Shown here: in pieces, positions 1 through 12,900 of the stretch | Numbering within the stretch: the first letter of the stretch is position 1 | How the letters are laid out: every line of letters starts with the position of its first letter | Assembly: GCA_050575255.1 (NCBI GenBank) | Contig: JBNZDD010013542.1 | Coordinates: 992,369-1,056,368, forward strand | Length of the DNA: 64,000 nt | Origin: Harriotta raleighana | Taxonomy: Eukaryota | Direction: 5' to 3' | Made by a program: the position numbers and the translations under genes | Notes under the pieces: model-generated | The model's input: the letters and a program-made list of their open reading frames with translations, nothing else | Told to the model about the DNA's origin: nothing | Databases searched by the model: none

Positions 1-929
1 CACATCGTTATGGTAAAATCTCATCAATTGATTCCACTGCAAGAAAGACAAAAGAAAATATAGACCATGAACATTTTATTTCGGTTATTATTTACACATA
101 TTTTGGTTTGGGTGACAGTCTACAGAACAATGTGAGGGCATAGACTGTTGACGAAAAAAACAGACCCCTATGGGCCCAATGTAGTGGCTGCTAAACTTCA
201 TAGCCTGGAATGTCATAAAGAGTGATGAGAAAACTAAAACAGTTTATCTATCCATTTTCCACCCTTGGCTTTCTGAAAAAGTACATTCTGTTGATACGAC
301 CAGAAACAAGTACTGTTCATTTATTGTACAAATTACATGCAATATTTAAAAAAAAACATTTTAAATAACCTTGTTAAAATTTATTCCTACATATGGTTTT
401 GTGCACTTTTTTAAAAAGAAAATCCAATCACACACGTTTTTATTGGCACCAAAAGAAATACATTTGGGAGCTTGAGGAAATGGATCACACATGAAAATAA
501 TGTTCAAAAGAAAGTGTTCCCAGTGATTTCAAACTTCAAACCATAAGGCCTATGTTTCCAAATCTTTGCTCCAGCTTTCTTGTTGCGGGCTTGTTTTGTG
601 AGGAAGAGAAGACAGTTTGTCATCCTAAGTTGACGAAACGGAGCCTCATTTATTAAAGTGTTCGTTTGCTGTCGAGGTAATCGTAGGCATAGGGTTCATC
701 CTTTGTACCACCAAGTAAACATGACAAATGGGAAGCCTTTGGCATGATTAAAGATGAAACGAGAATTGATCTTTACCAGCCTCTTCTGAAAACTACTATC
801 TACAATTGTACCTTCAATAGGGGGAAAATCTGGATATTTACAGTTTAGACGTTGCCCCTTATAAATAAACAGTGATTCAGTTAAAATCCTATTTTTTTTG
901 CGTATATGAATTTCTTCCCAAGTTGGCAG

Positions 930-1252
930 CTATAAACTGGCTGTTGGTCCATTGGCCTCATGATTCTGAGTGGTTCCTTGTAAGTGATTATTTCCAGAAG
1001 AAGTCGATGAGCCTGTTGTCGACCTGATTTTGGTATTTGGCAACTTGTGATCTTTTTTCCATTTCATTCGCCTGTTCTGGAACCATATTTTAATCTGTCG
1101 TTCGGACAGGCAAAGGCTATGAGCTATTTCCACCCTTCGCCTCCGGGTTAGGTACCGATTAAAATGAAACTCCTTTTCCAGCTCCAGAACTTGGTGCCTG
1201 GTGTAAGCAGTGCGGGAGCGTTTGATTTCCCCTCCTTTGCAATTAGGATTCA
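930..1252 (-). CDS. hoxb4: HoxB4 exon 2 (homeobox)
   Basis: Acceptor ctgttcAG|TG at 1253/1252. Translation [75 protein letters not shown] has the PG4 signature. Stop TAG at 932-930. Confidence 0.96.
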
Positions 1253-1484
1253 CTGAACAGAAAGCAACAACACAGAAAGAAATAACTGACTGAACAACAT
1301 CAACCGCACAAGGTCTAACAGTCTTGCATGTAAACATTAGCATTAGATCAAAAATTTAAGAGAAACGTAAAAAAATTCACATCCACACTATTATTAAAGA
1401 CAAAAAAAGTAAGTGTTCAAAGAAAGCGATCTGTGCTAGGATACAACACATCAAAGGCGCATGGCCAGGAGTGTCTTCGTACAG

Positions 1485-1540
1485 CAATAAAAATTTATGG
1501 AGGATGTAATTACTAACCCCCAGATAGGCGATTGTAAATC
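1485..1540. promoter_or_regulatory. HB1-like Hox4 intronic homeoprotein/Cdx-binding element
   Basis: CAATAAAAATTTATGG...GTAATTAC...GGCGATTGTAAA in the 5' part of the HoxB4 intron, matching the conserved PG4 intron element as I recall it. Confidence 0.75.
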
Positions 1541-1619
1541 TAAAGCATGACTATTACAATGGGTGCTTGCAATAGATCCCAGGCTTCCAGGTGGTAAAAA
1601 GCCAAGGCACACTACTCAC

Positions 1620-2025
1620 CGATGTTTATATGTACTTTCTTCATCCATGGATAAACCACGGGCTCTTTGGAGCAAGAAGTATTTTGGTTGCTGGTGACCT
1701 GACTGCAAGAAGGCGGTGGGCTTGGAGTCACCGGCTCACAGTGGTGCCCACGTTTGGCTAAGTGGTTCTGGAGGCCGGTGTGCGATTGTCCGTGACCCCT
1801 GGGCGCCACGATTTGCTCTCCAGAGCTCTGGATGTTGCTGCAGGAGGAATAACGTTGGTCGCTGAACGCTGGCCGTGGGTACATCGGCTCATGCTGAAAC
1901 CCCGGCTCTCGAGCACGACTATAGTATTCTGGAGAATGGCTTGGCAGGTAATCGCTCTGCAAATACTCTTCACAAGGTGGAAATTTAGGGTCCACATAGT
2001 TAGAGTTAATCAAAAACGAACTCAT
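1620..2025 (-). CDS. hoxb4: HoxB4 exon 1
   Basis: MSSFLINSNYVDPKFPPCEEY N-terminus, hexapeptide VVYPWMKKVH, donor G|GTGAGT at 1620/1619. B paralogue inferred from SDYLPSHSP, SKEPVVYPW and cluster content. Confidence 0.95.
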
Positions 2026-2084
2026 GACCTTTAATATCTGAAATGCAAAATAACTCAAAAATGTTTTCCACCCAGTCGTTTTTT

Positions 2085-2190
2085 TCCTGTTTCGTAAACC
2101 CTCCTACTTACTGTCAAGTGAACAAAGTTGGCCGTTCATGTGACTCGGGCAGCCAATCGCTGCTCCCGTTCGATTCCCGGATAAGGAAAT
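2085..2190 (-). promoter_or_regulatory. HoxB4 proximal promoter (E-box + CCAAT, TGACAG)
   Basis: CATGTG 2137-2142, CCAAT 2153-2157, CTGTCA 2111-2116, 60-165 bp upstream of the ATG. NF-Y/USF control of the HOXB4 promoter is established. Confidence 0.7.
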
Positions 2191-3484
2191 AGAATTGGGT
2201 GCTGGATGTTCCGAACGTCTCCCTTAAGCATTTTTTTGATTGCAAATATTAATGCTTTTTTTTTGTAGCCCAGAACTCGGCAATCCACACAAGTTTTTAA
2301 ATAGGTTTTTTTTGCCCACGCCCTTGCCAAAGAAGTTGAATTCGGGGTCACAATGCGATGAGATTGTATAAGTATTTTCTTGTTTGTTGGTTCTCCGTCC
2401 AAATATATTTTCCTTTTTTTCTGGTGTCAAAAATCTGCGTTTTTTAAAAAAAAAACCCGTACGTGAAATTATCTGATATGTTCGAAATTGCCGCAGTGTG
2501 ATTCGTTTATTTTCCTGTCAGTGTAACTGCTCTGTGCAGGGCCGGAGGGGGCTGGCGCACGCACGGCTTTGGCTGGCAAAGACGAATTGGGCTTCTTTGG
2601 ATCAATAGAAAATTCATCAACTAATTCAGGGCGCCCAAGTCAACAAAATTACATTTCGCAGTGCATTAGATGGACGATTTTCAACCAGGACAACTCTTCT
2701 TTAAACTAGTCTGCTCGCACCATTTAAACCCCCCGCACACTTACACAAGAGGGAATCATTTCCCAGGTGACAATCACATCCAAGTCTAAACGAAGTTATG
2801 GATGTTCGATTAAGTAGATCACCATAAAGTGTGCGCAGAATGTGAATAGTCTCCGATCATGTCCTATATTTAATCGGTTTTGTTGGTCGCAATTATATAG
2901 GGATCAATATACCCAAATAATGCTAGACTATCCTTTGGAATCGCCTCGTCGTGGTTATCAGAGATGAACTTAGAAAGTGTTCACGGCCGATGTTTGCTAG
3001 TTTAATTTAAAATGTTAAATAAAAACCCGAGAGAAGTTAAAATAGATTGAAAAAAGGATTTCCAGGTATGTTTATTGCAATTGTAAGATTTCAATACAAT
3101 TCCGTGTATTCATGGAATGACATGGATATTTACGTGGAGCTGATACGATCAGATTTGAAATGATTAATTTATAAAACATGCAAAACCTTTAGATCTGACC
3201 TTTTCGAAAAGGAAGAATGCGCGGGAATATCGAAAAAGGTAAATTAGGAGTCCATATTCAAGTGACGTAGTTAATGTAACACTAGGGAGGTTTAACAGTT
3301 ATTATAACAAGGTAACAGAGGAATGAGGATAGCACATCGTCACTGCGCATAATTTCACTCGACAGAGACAGGTACCTGCATGCAGACGCTGCTTTTCTTT
3401 AAAACATTAACGATTTGTAGAATAAAAACTAGATCTAAATGTTGTACGTTCTTCCGTTCTTCTGAAGGAATGTTGTAGCGTTTG

Positions 3485-3572
3485 TGTCGACTACATACTC
3501 CCCTAGATACGAATTTGCGACCACAATTTTGTCAACACAAATTCGGATCTACAGGGTATATATAGAGGACAG
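3485..3572 (-). ncRNA. mir10: mir-10 hairpin (miR-10a type); mature 5p at 3558-3536
   Basis: Reverse complement of 3536-3558 is TACCCTGTAGATCCGAATTTGTG, the canonical miR-10a. Star arm CAAATTCGTATCTAGGGGAGTA at 3517-3496. Canonical position upstream of Hox4. Confidence 0.97.
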
Positions 3573-4469
3573 GCAAGTCATAGTTTCAGCAGTTTTGTAC
3601 TTCTGATATGATCTAGAATCACCCCCGAGTACATTATTTTCATGGCAGAAATTTATAGAGAGACAATTTGGAAGGAGTTCCTTCCCATATTTTATTAAGT
3701 GAAACGCAATCCAATTAATTTTCACATCGAAATGTAAATGATACAGGTTAGTTAACGTTTTATAAAAAAAACTATTCCTTTGCAAATATTTAGGATGACT
3801 TAAGAAACTCAGCGCAGAGATTCATTTAGCAAACTTCCAATAATGGCGATAACAAGTTTAAAGCAGAGTGAGATGTGTGATGATATGCAAAAGTTTGTTT
3901 GCGACTGAGACCAGGGCAAAACAAAGTTGTTTTTGAATTTATTCAAGCCTCCTGCACAGGAGCACTACAAAAGGTTCGACATAACAAGTCTTTGGCCGTA
4001 TAACTCTTGACAGTACATAAGAAAAAACATGTTCCCTTCTCTGGTATTCTTTTCCAAAAGAGTGTAACTGTGGTTTACTGGGCTGATTTATAGTACTGTG
4101 GCTTAGCGCCAATGGGAGTAGGAATCGCTTCAATTCTTTTTAAAAAAAAGGAAATGCATTTGATCCATGGAATCGCCCTGGTAACTTCTTCACAACATTT
4201 TGGAAACTTTGCCAGTTTCAAATCATTTAAGGCTGAGAAGCATAATCGCCAACTGGCTTCAACACGGTATTTTTATGGTGGGAGGATGCTGTTTACAACA
4301 TGCGAAGTGGATCAAAGGACTCGAGTGGCAATAAATGTGAAAATACTGTAGTGTAGAAACATCAATCAGAGAGATGCTTTAAATTTTTTGCGAATCTAAA
4401 TAGATTTTGTAATACTTTTTGAAAAGGAACTACTGTAAGTGAAACTCCACAGTAACCTTGTTTCGTGGC

Positions 4470-4540
4470 CTTAATTTTGTGAAGTTACAACAACAATTTT
4501 ATAGCTAGAGTTTTATTGAAACTTTACGACTTTTTCCAGA
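4470..4540. promoter_or_regulatory. Cdx/Hox-site cluster, probable conserved non-coding enhancer
   Basis: TTTTATAG, TTTTATTG and TTTACGAC in the same orientation within 40 bp. Confidence 0.5.
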
Positions 4541-5611
4541 ATGAAATGGCACTTTGGAAGGAATCGCAAGATATTCTCAAATCACACAAATTCTTTCTTT
4601 TGGGGGTAAAAAATCTCGGTGCTTTGTTTTTCTTAGTGTAATAAAAATGTCGACATTTCGGAAGTTTGGAAGATAAATACATTTACTGTCGACTATCTGC
4701 TGTGCATTTCAAAGGCATCTCGCTGCAGATTGCTATCCTAACCGAGGATGCAAACGGCAGCAGGTTGGAGGGGGGGGGGGGGGGGGGGTNCTTGCACCCT
4801 CCTGTTTATGACCCTCGTAAAAGAGGGGTGAGATGCAGGCCTCTGTGACACTGTAAAAGGGAGTTTCCTGAAAGTCCAGCAATGCAGCTAATTTTTCTAC
4901 CAAAACAAGCACATCACCATAAACAGACATAAAGATAAAACAAGTGGTATAAATAATCAAATGAAACTGTAAATAAATAAAATTAAATAGCCAAGGAGGC
5001 ATAGGGTAAATTAAACGATTAGTGATTTCAAACCGGATCACAAATTGGTTCAAACTAGTTCATCCTCAGGATTTGTCTCATACGGTTAAATCTGATTCGC
5101 TCACAAACACGAATCCCTCTCCCACCCTTCTCTCGCTCTGATCAATGTTCTCGGGTTAGTTCAAGGCTAAATGTGTCACAAAGTTGGTCTTACGGGATTC
5201 TTTAGTTTCCCGATTGCATTAAATCATATACATACCCTCACGAAAAACATTCTTTTCCCCTTTCCTCTACCAATCTCATTCTCACAAACCAAGCCAGCCA
5301 CGATGCTTTTTTTGGTTGCTCAAAAATGAAAATCGTACAGAAAATAACAGCTTGAACATGAGCAAATTCGTTCTCCTTTGTCTGTTTTTTTTGCTCTGAT
5401 AACATCTACTTAGAGTCAAGCTTTCCAGCAGCAGGCTATTTTTTTTCCATAGGAAATGCATTGCAGCATTTAAGAAGTGGCCGAGGGTCGGCCCTATGAA
5501 CATTCTGTTTTTCTCTCCCAGTTTTAGTATTAATCTAATACATTGACAGTCTTTGTTAAACACCCAGGCGTGTCATGCGTCCGAGTACATTTTAATATTT
5601 GTTAGACGCTG

Positions 5612-5628
5612 TGACCTGTGTTTCACCT
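5612..5628 (-). promoter_or_regulatory. DR5 retinoic acid response element (Hox4 5' RARE / B4U-like)
   Basis: Minus strand AGGTGA-aacac-AGGTCA, 3.6 kb upstream of HoxB4. Same half-site pattern as the known 5' RAREs of Hoxa4/b4/d4. Confidence 0.8.
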
Positions 5629-8600
5629 CGCTCTTGGACTCTCCCCTTCTACAAGTTCTATAGGGTGGATGGGTCTCTCAGTCATATTGAATTCTGCTCA
5701 GGTCATTACGTTCGAGAAAAATAGCAAGTCAGGGAGTTTACCCCAAGCAGCATTAAGGCGCTGGATATTCTCTCAAGCATAGCATGTTCTGTGCTCCATT
5801 AGCATCAAATATTTATTACCGAACTCACTGCTTTGAATTTCGTACGGTTGCGACGTACCAGAGACCGATTTGAATAACAAAAGTAATACGATTTTCCCCC
5901 CTCTCACATGCTTTACCAAAAATAAACCTTTAGTAAACGTTCTGAATTTCAGAGCATTTTATTCTGTAGAATTAATAAAAACGAACTATGTTGACAGACT
6001 CCAATAAGTACTCCCAGCAAGATGTGTCTAATTAAATTTTTACATTAAAAAATTGTTTCTGTGTTTAATGCACCAGATTATTTTATTATTAAAGCTAAAG
6101 AGTGTGAACTGCACTCCAAGTACCCCAGACCCCCTCCCCCACCCCGCCCACCCCCACCACCCCCATGCATACATACGCACACTTGCAGAAGTTTTCAGTA
6201 AATTATTCTATGGGCCTTTGTACTGAAGATCCTCACTTTGTATTTGATTTTACGTTTCTGTTGCCCCATGTTATACGAAAACTTCATATTAGAAACAAAT
6301 CTGAACGGATTTGTAAATGGCATGGTGGTGTATCGTAAAAATAAGCAAATGAAATAAGTCTTTCTGACATGACATGCAATGATGTGTACTCACAGACGAC
6401 GAATTGTGTGAGTTTAAGTGAATGGTTCTGTTCAAAGAAACGATTGAGGAAGGAAAGGTGTTTATCCACACTCATGGAATCCATTTTAGTTAACTAAAGA
6501 GATGTAATTTATTGTCAAATCAATATGTTTTGTACCAATTAAAGTGATTCTTCCAGAGTCAGCCAGCGATACCTATACTATACTTTCCTGTTGCTTATTG
6601 TTGGTTATTTACCCATCCCGAAGTAACTTCTTAAAAGTTACCATTAAAATAATGACTAATTGATATTGCTGAAAAGTCTCAGAATAGTCTTCATATAAAA
6701 TAGATTGGAAATAAAACCTTTTTTTGTAAAAAAAAGTAAACTGAATTTACTTGATTAATATTACAGAATTTATCTTTCAGTTCGGGTGTGTTGCATTTAA
6801 ATAGGCTTTTTGTAAAATACAGATATGAATCAAAACTCTGAAATGATGGGAAATATATTGCCCCTCAGATCTTTTACCAGAAGGCACATGTAAACCTAAA
6901 GCACCCATAATGCTTACACAACATATGATTATGGTTACTGAGCAATGCAATTTAAATCAATTAGTTTTCTAGTTATTCAGTAATTGAAAGGGAAGATTAT
7001 GCCTAACTGCTGTGTTTGTGAAAGGAAAATGTATTGATTCATGGTTATTTTATTTGAAGCTTCACTTCCTCTCAATATCACAACTATATAGAATAAAAAA
7101 GCTTTTCTTCTAGATATCCTCTGTCTGATCAAGTCATTTGAATCACTTTATGAAGTTTGCTGCTCTACAATGTCCCATTCAAACAGATAGGTTGTAAGAA
7201 CCTGCATCTTTGTGCCAAGCAGTTTTAAAGCAGAATATTCGAAATACAAACTCATAACAGAATGCGATTCTACCCTTCCAATAGATATTAAACATTAGCT
7301 TTGTTTTAGTGATCGGAATGTCGAATGCTGTGTGATTCTTTTCTTTTGGGGGAAGAGAATGCCAATTTACCATTAACACCTGGATTCAGATAATTAGAAC
7401 AATTGTATTAGCCTAACACTTAAAGGTAGAATGTCAAGTATTTCATTTCGAGGCCTACCGCAGATGTAAATTCAGCCTCACAGTTATTTGTGTTTTTTTT
7501 AATCATAATTGAATCGAAAGTCTCTTAAATCTATTACTTTTGACATCTAATAACGAAACATACACAAGGGATTTAAAGGTGGGTGGTGGGAGTAAAAAAT
7601 TTCGCAGCAACGTGTTTTAGCTTTATTTCCTGTGCCAGGATGAAGCCGATTTAGATTAATAATTATCTTAATAATAAGCATCTCTTTTTAATCTCTATTT
7701 GAGCGTAGGACCCTCTTCCTGTTTTAAATGTCGATACTATATGCGCATGACTGCATTTATTCTCTCACCCCCACCCCCACATCATGTCAAATATTTACAG
7801 ATTAATTTATCTCAAATACATTTTCCATCCTAAAAGGTGCAGGACACACTACTGTTCGATTCATATTGTAGTCATATATCGATGGATATTTACCGGTTAC
7901 ACCGTATCTACAAGAAGACGATTTTAAATGAATCGTTCCTATTCCCACACACCTGAATCCTGAAATCTTTTCAAAATGAAAGCTGATTGCATCTTTGAGG
8001 GATCGCTTGCCTCCTCCATATGTGTTTTCATAGTCTTTTATAACCTATACACAACCCCTTCCGTTGTGGGGCTAGTGATGTCTGTGTATTGTGCGCTGTG
8101 TTCTATGAAAGAGATCAATTAATCCTCCCTGTTTTTGTACAGATTGAGATCAGGATAACTGGATGCTTTTTCTACTTCTATTTTCCCTCTCTCTCTCGTC
8201 CCCCTTATTTTACATATAATAAAGGTTGATCTTTATCATTAAGGTCATCCTAGACCTCTAAGTCTTACCTCGGTATCATTTTCTCATCTGTGCCGATAGC
8301 CAAAGTCATCCTTCTACCATTGGCATCGAGCTGAGTCTATCTATGCAGACACCAAGTCACGCACGACGTAAACTTTTGACCCTCAACTTTTTGACCCCAT
8401 AGCTTTACCGGCTGTACTAACGAGCCCTCATGCACAGATTCAACATCACAGTTCTCAGACAGTAATGCTGTACAGTTTTGTTTTCCCTCGAGGCTCGATT
8501 GTAACCCAGCTTTGCTTCACTGAATACACATTTTAATTTTTTTTCTCTGCAAATTCTCGAATGCCTTAAAAAAAGTTGGGTTTTAAGTCGTCAGGAATTT

Positions 8601-9852
8601 TTAATTTTTTTTCTCACATTGGGGATCGAGATTTGTTTCAGGGACTTTATTTCATTATCCGCCAAGAAAAAAAACACACGAAAGGGTGAGTTTTGAAGAG
8701 ACAGTTGACTAGATCACTTAGAAATTAATACCACCTTAGTTGACTTTGGGAGTAATCAAACGGGTCGCCTCGGACAATGTTTGCAAGGCACAACTGCAAT
8801 AGTGAGGACGGCGGGCGCTATTCATAAGAAAGGAGGTGTATAATGGCTATGAACTTGGTCTGAAGCGAGCTCTGCTGGTGGGTCTTAGACTTGCATGTTA
8901 AACAGCTCCCTCAGATCTCTTGTTACGTTCTCACTGTATCGTGGGTTTATTTCAAATGTTACTACTACATGAGTAAAACGATTCAATATGATGAGGGATA
9001 ATGACAAAGCGCTGATAATTTGTATGTATGTGGTTCCAATAACAAACGTTGGTACAATATTAGAAACCAAGTATATTTAACACACGGCGCTTTCCAATGG
9101 TTCGTGAAGAGATGTCGTCTTAGCCATATTATTCAGGCTTGTATTTGTCAAGAGATTTAAGATAACTTCAGTACCGTGAATATAATCTGTGAAAAATAAT
9201 TTAAAGCAAAGTGGCATAATATAAACGGGAAGTCAATTTAAATATTACGAATATTACTACAAAAATCAATCCTGAATATTCGTCAAGGTTTGATGAATCC
9301 AACGAAAATGTGTTTCCATCCCTCTTTATTGTGCAGGGTTCTCTGTACTGATTCTCTACAGTGAAAGTGTGAGACAATAAGATATCTCTCGGGTTTATAT
9401 ATACATTGTTCAATTAAACTGAAATCTGCTTCGTGTGAGGTACAGAGAAGCAAGCAACCTCCTTCTGAACCAACACAAATAATAATCAACTTGATGCCAT
9501 TCATATTTAATTTAAAATAATCTTGATTTGGGCCGGTAAATGGGGATGTATCGAAATTAATGGTGTTGAGTGATTTGAGACCCCCACCTTACCTTATGTT
9601 ATCTTTACTTAGATTGTATATTCGCACTCTTGTACACGTTTTAGAACACAATATTATCTGAGATCTGTTTGCTCTTTATCTGTAGTCCAGCAATTAGATA
9701 CAGCAATGTACCCAACACCTTTCTAAACATGTGATGTGTTTGTGTTCAGCTTTTTCCTTTCCTCCTTAATTCCACAAATACCAAGTCCGTGATTCATCTA
9801 ATTGTCTATAAAAGGGCACCACCAGATTATTTTTTAAAAATGAATAAACTCC

Positions 9853-9950
9853 CTTATGGACAAAGAAAACATAGCACCTTTACGCTGCACAGTAAAAATT
9901 AGAGGAGCGTATGTTTACGCGCATGAAGTACGCAGCACCACATACATGGG
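9853..9950. promoter_or_regulatory. Probable conserved non-coding element with Hox/Cdx sites
   Basis: CTTATGG, TTTACG twice and GTAAAA in a locally CpG-containing block within AT-rich DNA. Confidence 0.4.
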
Positions 9951-12900
9951 TGCTAGTAGATTAGAAATATATGGCACCTCTTTGACTGCAGTGAAATTAT
10001 TAATGTTACTGTTCACTATTGATTCTGGCTATGAGCATTTGTATCTGCGTCTATGTGCAGAAAGGAAGCGAGTGCCGATAATCTGAGATAGATCGGTGAT
10101 GGGAGTGAGTTTCTACTCGTGTTTCACAATTGATAATGAAATATTTACAATGGTTTCCCGTTAAGTATTGATAATTGCAATCCGTATTCTTTGCAAAAGA
10201 CAACATTTGGACATATATATGATATACATGTGAAACTTAATACATATAAATGCCCATACACACATTATTTTATACGTAGCTTATATCTATCATAATTAGT
10301 ATATCTTACTTCTTTTAATATTCTTAAAATTGCATAGATTATTTTTATAATGCTTGTCTCTAATTTACTACTATTAATCAGGAGCCAAAATAATGTACTT
10401 GGTGAACCTTCTAACCCTGTCTGAGAACACAATTGTTGGCTGACCTGCAATTGACAAAAAAAATTATTAAAAAAACTTTGCTTAATAGGAGTTTTTTGAA
10501 ACTTCTAAACTCCTAAAAATTTCATCGAAAATCCACACCTCATGTATATATTTGTAAATCATATTTAAAAAAACATTGTATTGATCGGTGCTTTTTTCCC
10601 CCCTCATTTTATACTCCAGAAAATCGAGGCACAGTCTCCCTACCAGCTGGATCAAACGGGAAATGAAGCACAAGATTTCACTCTTGTTCACCCCCCCCCC
10701 CCTCCCCCCCACCCACCCCCTCCTCAGCTATGCGTTTTCCTGTTTGCACCCTGGATCCACCACAGCTATCAGCACACAAGGGCAATGAAAAGAAGACAGA
10801 AAGAATCCGAATTTCTGAAAATCTTGAACTTGTAACATTGGCTTTAAAAGGCTATCTGCAACATTGCACCGGAAACAGGAATATTAAACAAATGACAGCC
10901 CGCCTCAGGATGAACCGATGACCATGACACAGCAATGATTATTGCGGGGGTGAGAGACTTGACATTTACTGATGAAACATGTCAAGGTATAATTTTCTTC
11001 TTACCTATCTAAATTTGTCTTTAGACTTGTTTAAGACTGCTCAAGTGATATTACATTTGCTGCTTAAACGAACCCCCTTAAACATGCACAGTCATTCTAT
11101 TAGAGTGACAGGAAATCCCAGCACAGTAAGGATGGTATATTCCTATTTTCTGTTAATAGGACAGTCGTAACAATATTCAAACACTGTAACCTGCACCGAG
11201 CACATTACATTAATAAAATACTAACTACTGTATATCATATGTTAGTCTTTGTTCTCATTTTTGGTAATGGTTACTGGTGGATCAAGAAACACCAGGTTGC
11301 TCCATGGAAGGATGAGGAAGATGTATAACTCAAACAAATAATTTTAAATTATTTCGCCTTAAAATGTGTCTTCCTACTTCCCCAGAAAAAACATTCACCT
11401 GAAAATTTTTGCAACTTTTTATTTCTCAACTTTAAACATCCACATATGAAAATGATGGAAAATGCACAACATAAACTCCCTTTACCTTAAAAGTAAAGGA
11501 AATGTTAAAATTAAAATCGTGACTTAAAATACATAAAACATTCATATGGCAATGCAGTTATGAACTAAGTTTAGAATTCGAGAGCATATATATTAAAGAG
11601 TGTAAAATACAGTCCATCACTATTCATTGACTGTTATTATAAAGTGATACATCAATATACATAATAAAGTATAAACCGTTTTCATTATAATAGTAAATTT
11701 GTGTGTATATTTTAAGTTAGCAAAACAGTTTATTCCCGAGAAGTGCGCCATTTAGCCCAAATCGTGCTAATCACTAATTTCAAACAAAAGGGATTAAAGG
11801 CTAAAGAAAAACAGAATAGAACTGAAGGCTATTTTAAATTTAGTTCCTGTTATACCCATGATTATTTTGAACACACATTTTCAGGAAAAAAAATTTCACC
11901 AACCTTTCCCGAAAGATGGCATATTCTCCAATCTCTGACCAAGACATAAACCCATTATTGCAGTGGAGTTAAGTTGCGATAAAATACTGAAGATCATTTG
12001 TGGTAAAATTGCATTTAAAAATATTATCCTCAGCACATTATGTATCGGGGGATTGGATAAAGTTTCCAATGTTGATAAACTAAGAATATTTTTGTAAAAA
12101 TGAATAAGCGGATGTCTTTGAATGTACACCGCCTTGCTCAAAATATGAAATTCTTTTTAAAATAATACAACCAATACGCATAATATTACAAGAATACACT
12201 TGGAGAAGTTTTAGTTATGTAATTCTTGATGTCCCTACACGAGTATTATTCCAGAAAGGGAAATCATTGTCAGAATTTTTTTCGAAAATTACAAAAGCTA
12301 ACTCTATTAAAGTTAAAATGAACGCTTTGTGATTTCAATAAATGAACTACCAACTTTAAAACCAAATTAAAACCATTCACTGCACTTACTCGAATATGTC
12401 CACCTTTGCCACAGTTAAATAGTTAAAGGTACTTCGGTTGGTTTTATGTTATACACCGTAACGTGATTAAACATGTGAAAGGAATTGAACGATCGCTCTC
12501 ACGTTGCAAACGAAATCTGGATCAGGAAATAAGATTTCAGAAAGGTATAAAATGACTGATTTGAAGAAATAAAACGTCTACTTCCACCAAAATCCACAAA
12601 GGCCAGGTTCCAGTCACGATAGTGTATTAATACAAATATAAGATCTGCATTTATATAAATCTGACATATGCTACTCGCAAGTTCGATGTTACACCGAAAT
12701 AAAACATTGGGAATATTTAATTATACACAGACAGAATAATCAATCATTGTGAATGGGGGGCCTATTAATCCAACCAACGGTTCCTTTACATTTAGGTTTC
12801 ATTTGCGTTTTTTAAAAGAAAATCGGAAGCATCAGCAATAGGATTAATTTAAACATTATTATAAGTGCATTGCCCATTTTCAAATGTGAGAACCTCTGGT

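Noticed and set aside
10413-10419. miR-10 seed match (ACAGGGU on the - strand)
   Set aside because: Intergenic, about 4.4 kb beyond the HoxB5 stop, with no evidence that it lies in an exon.
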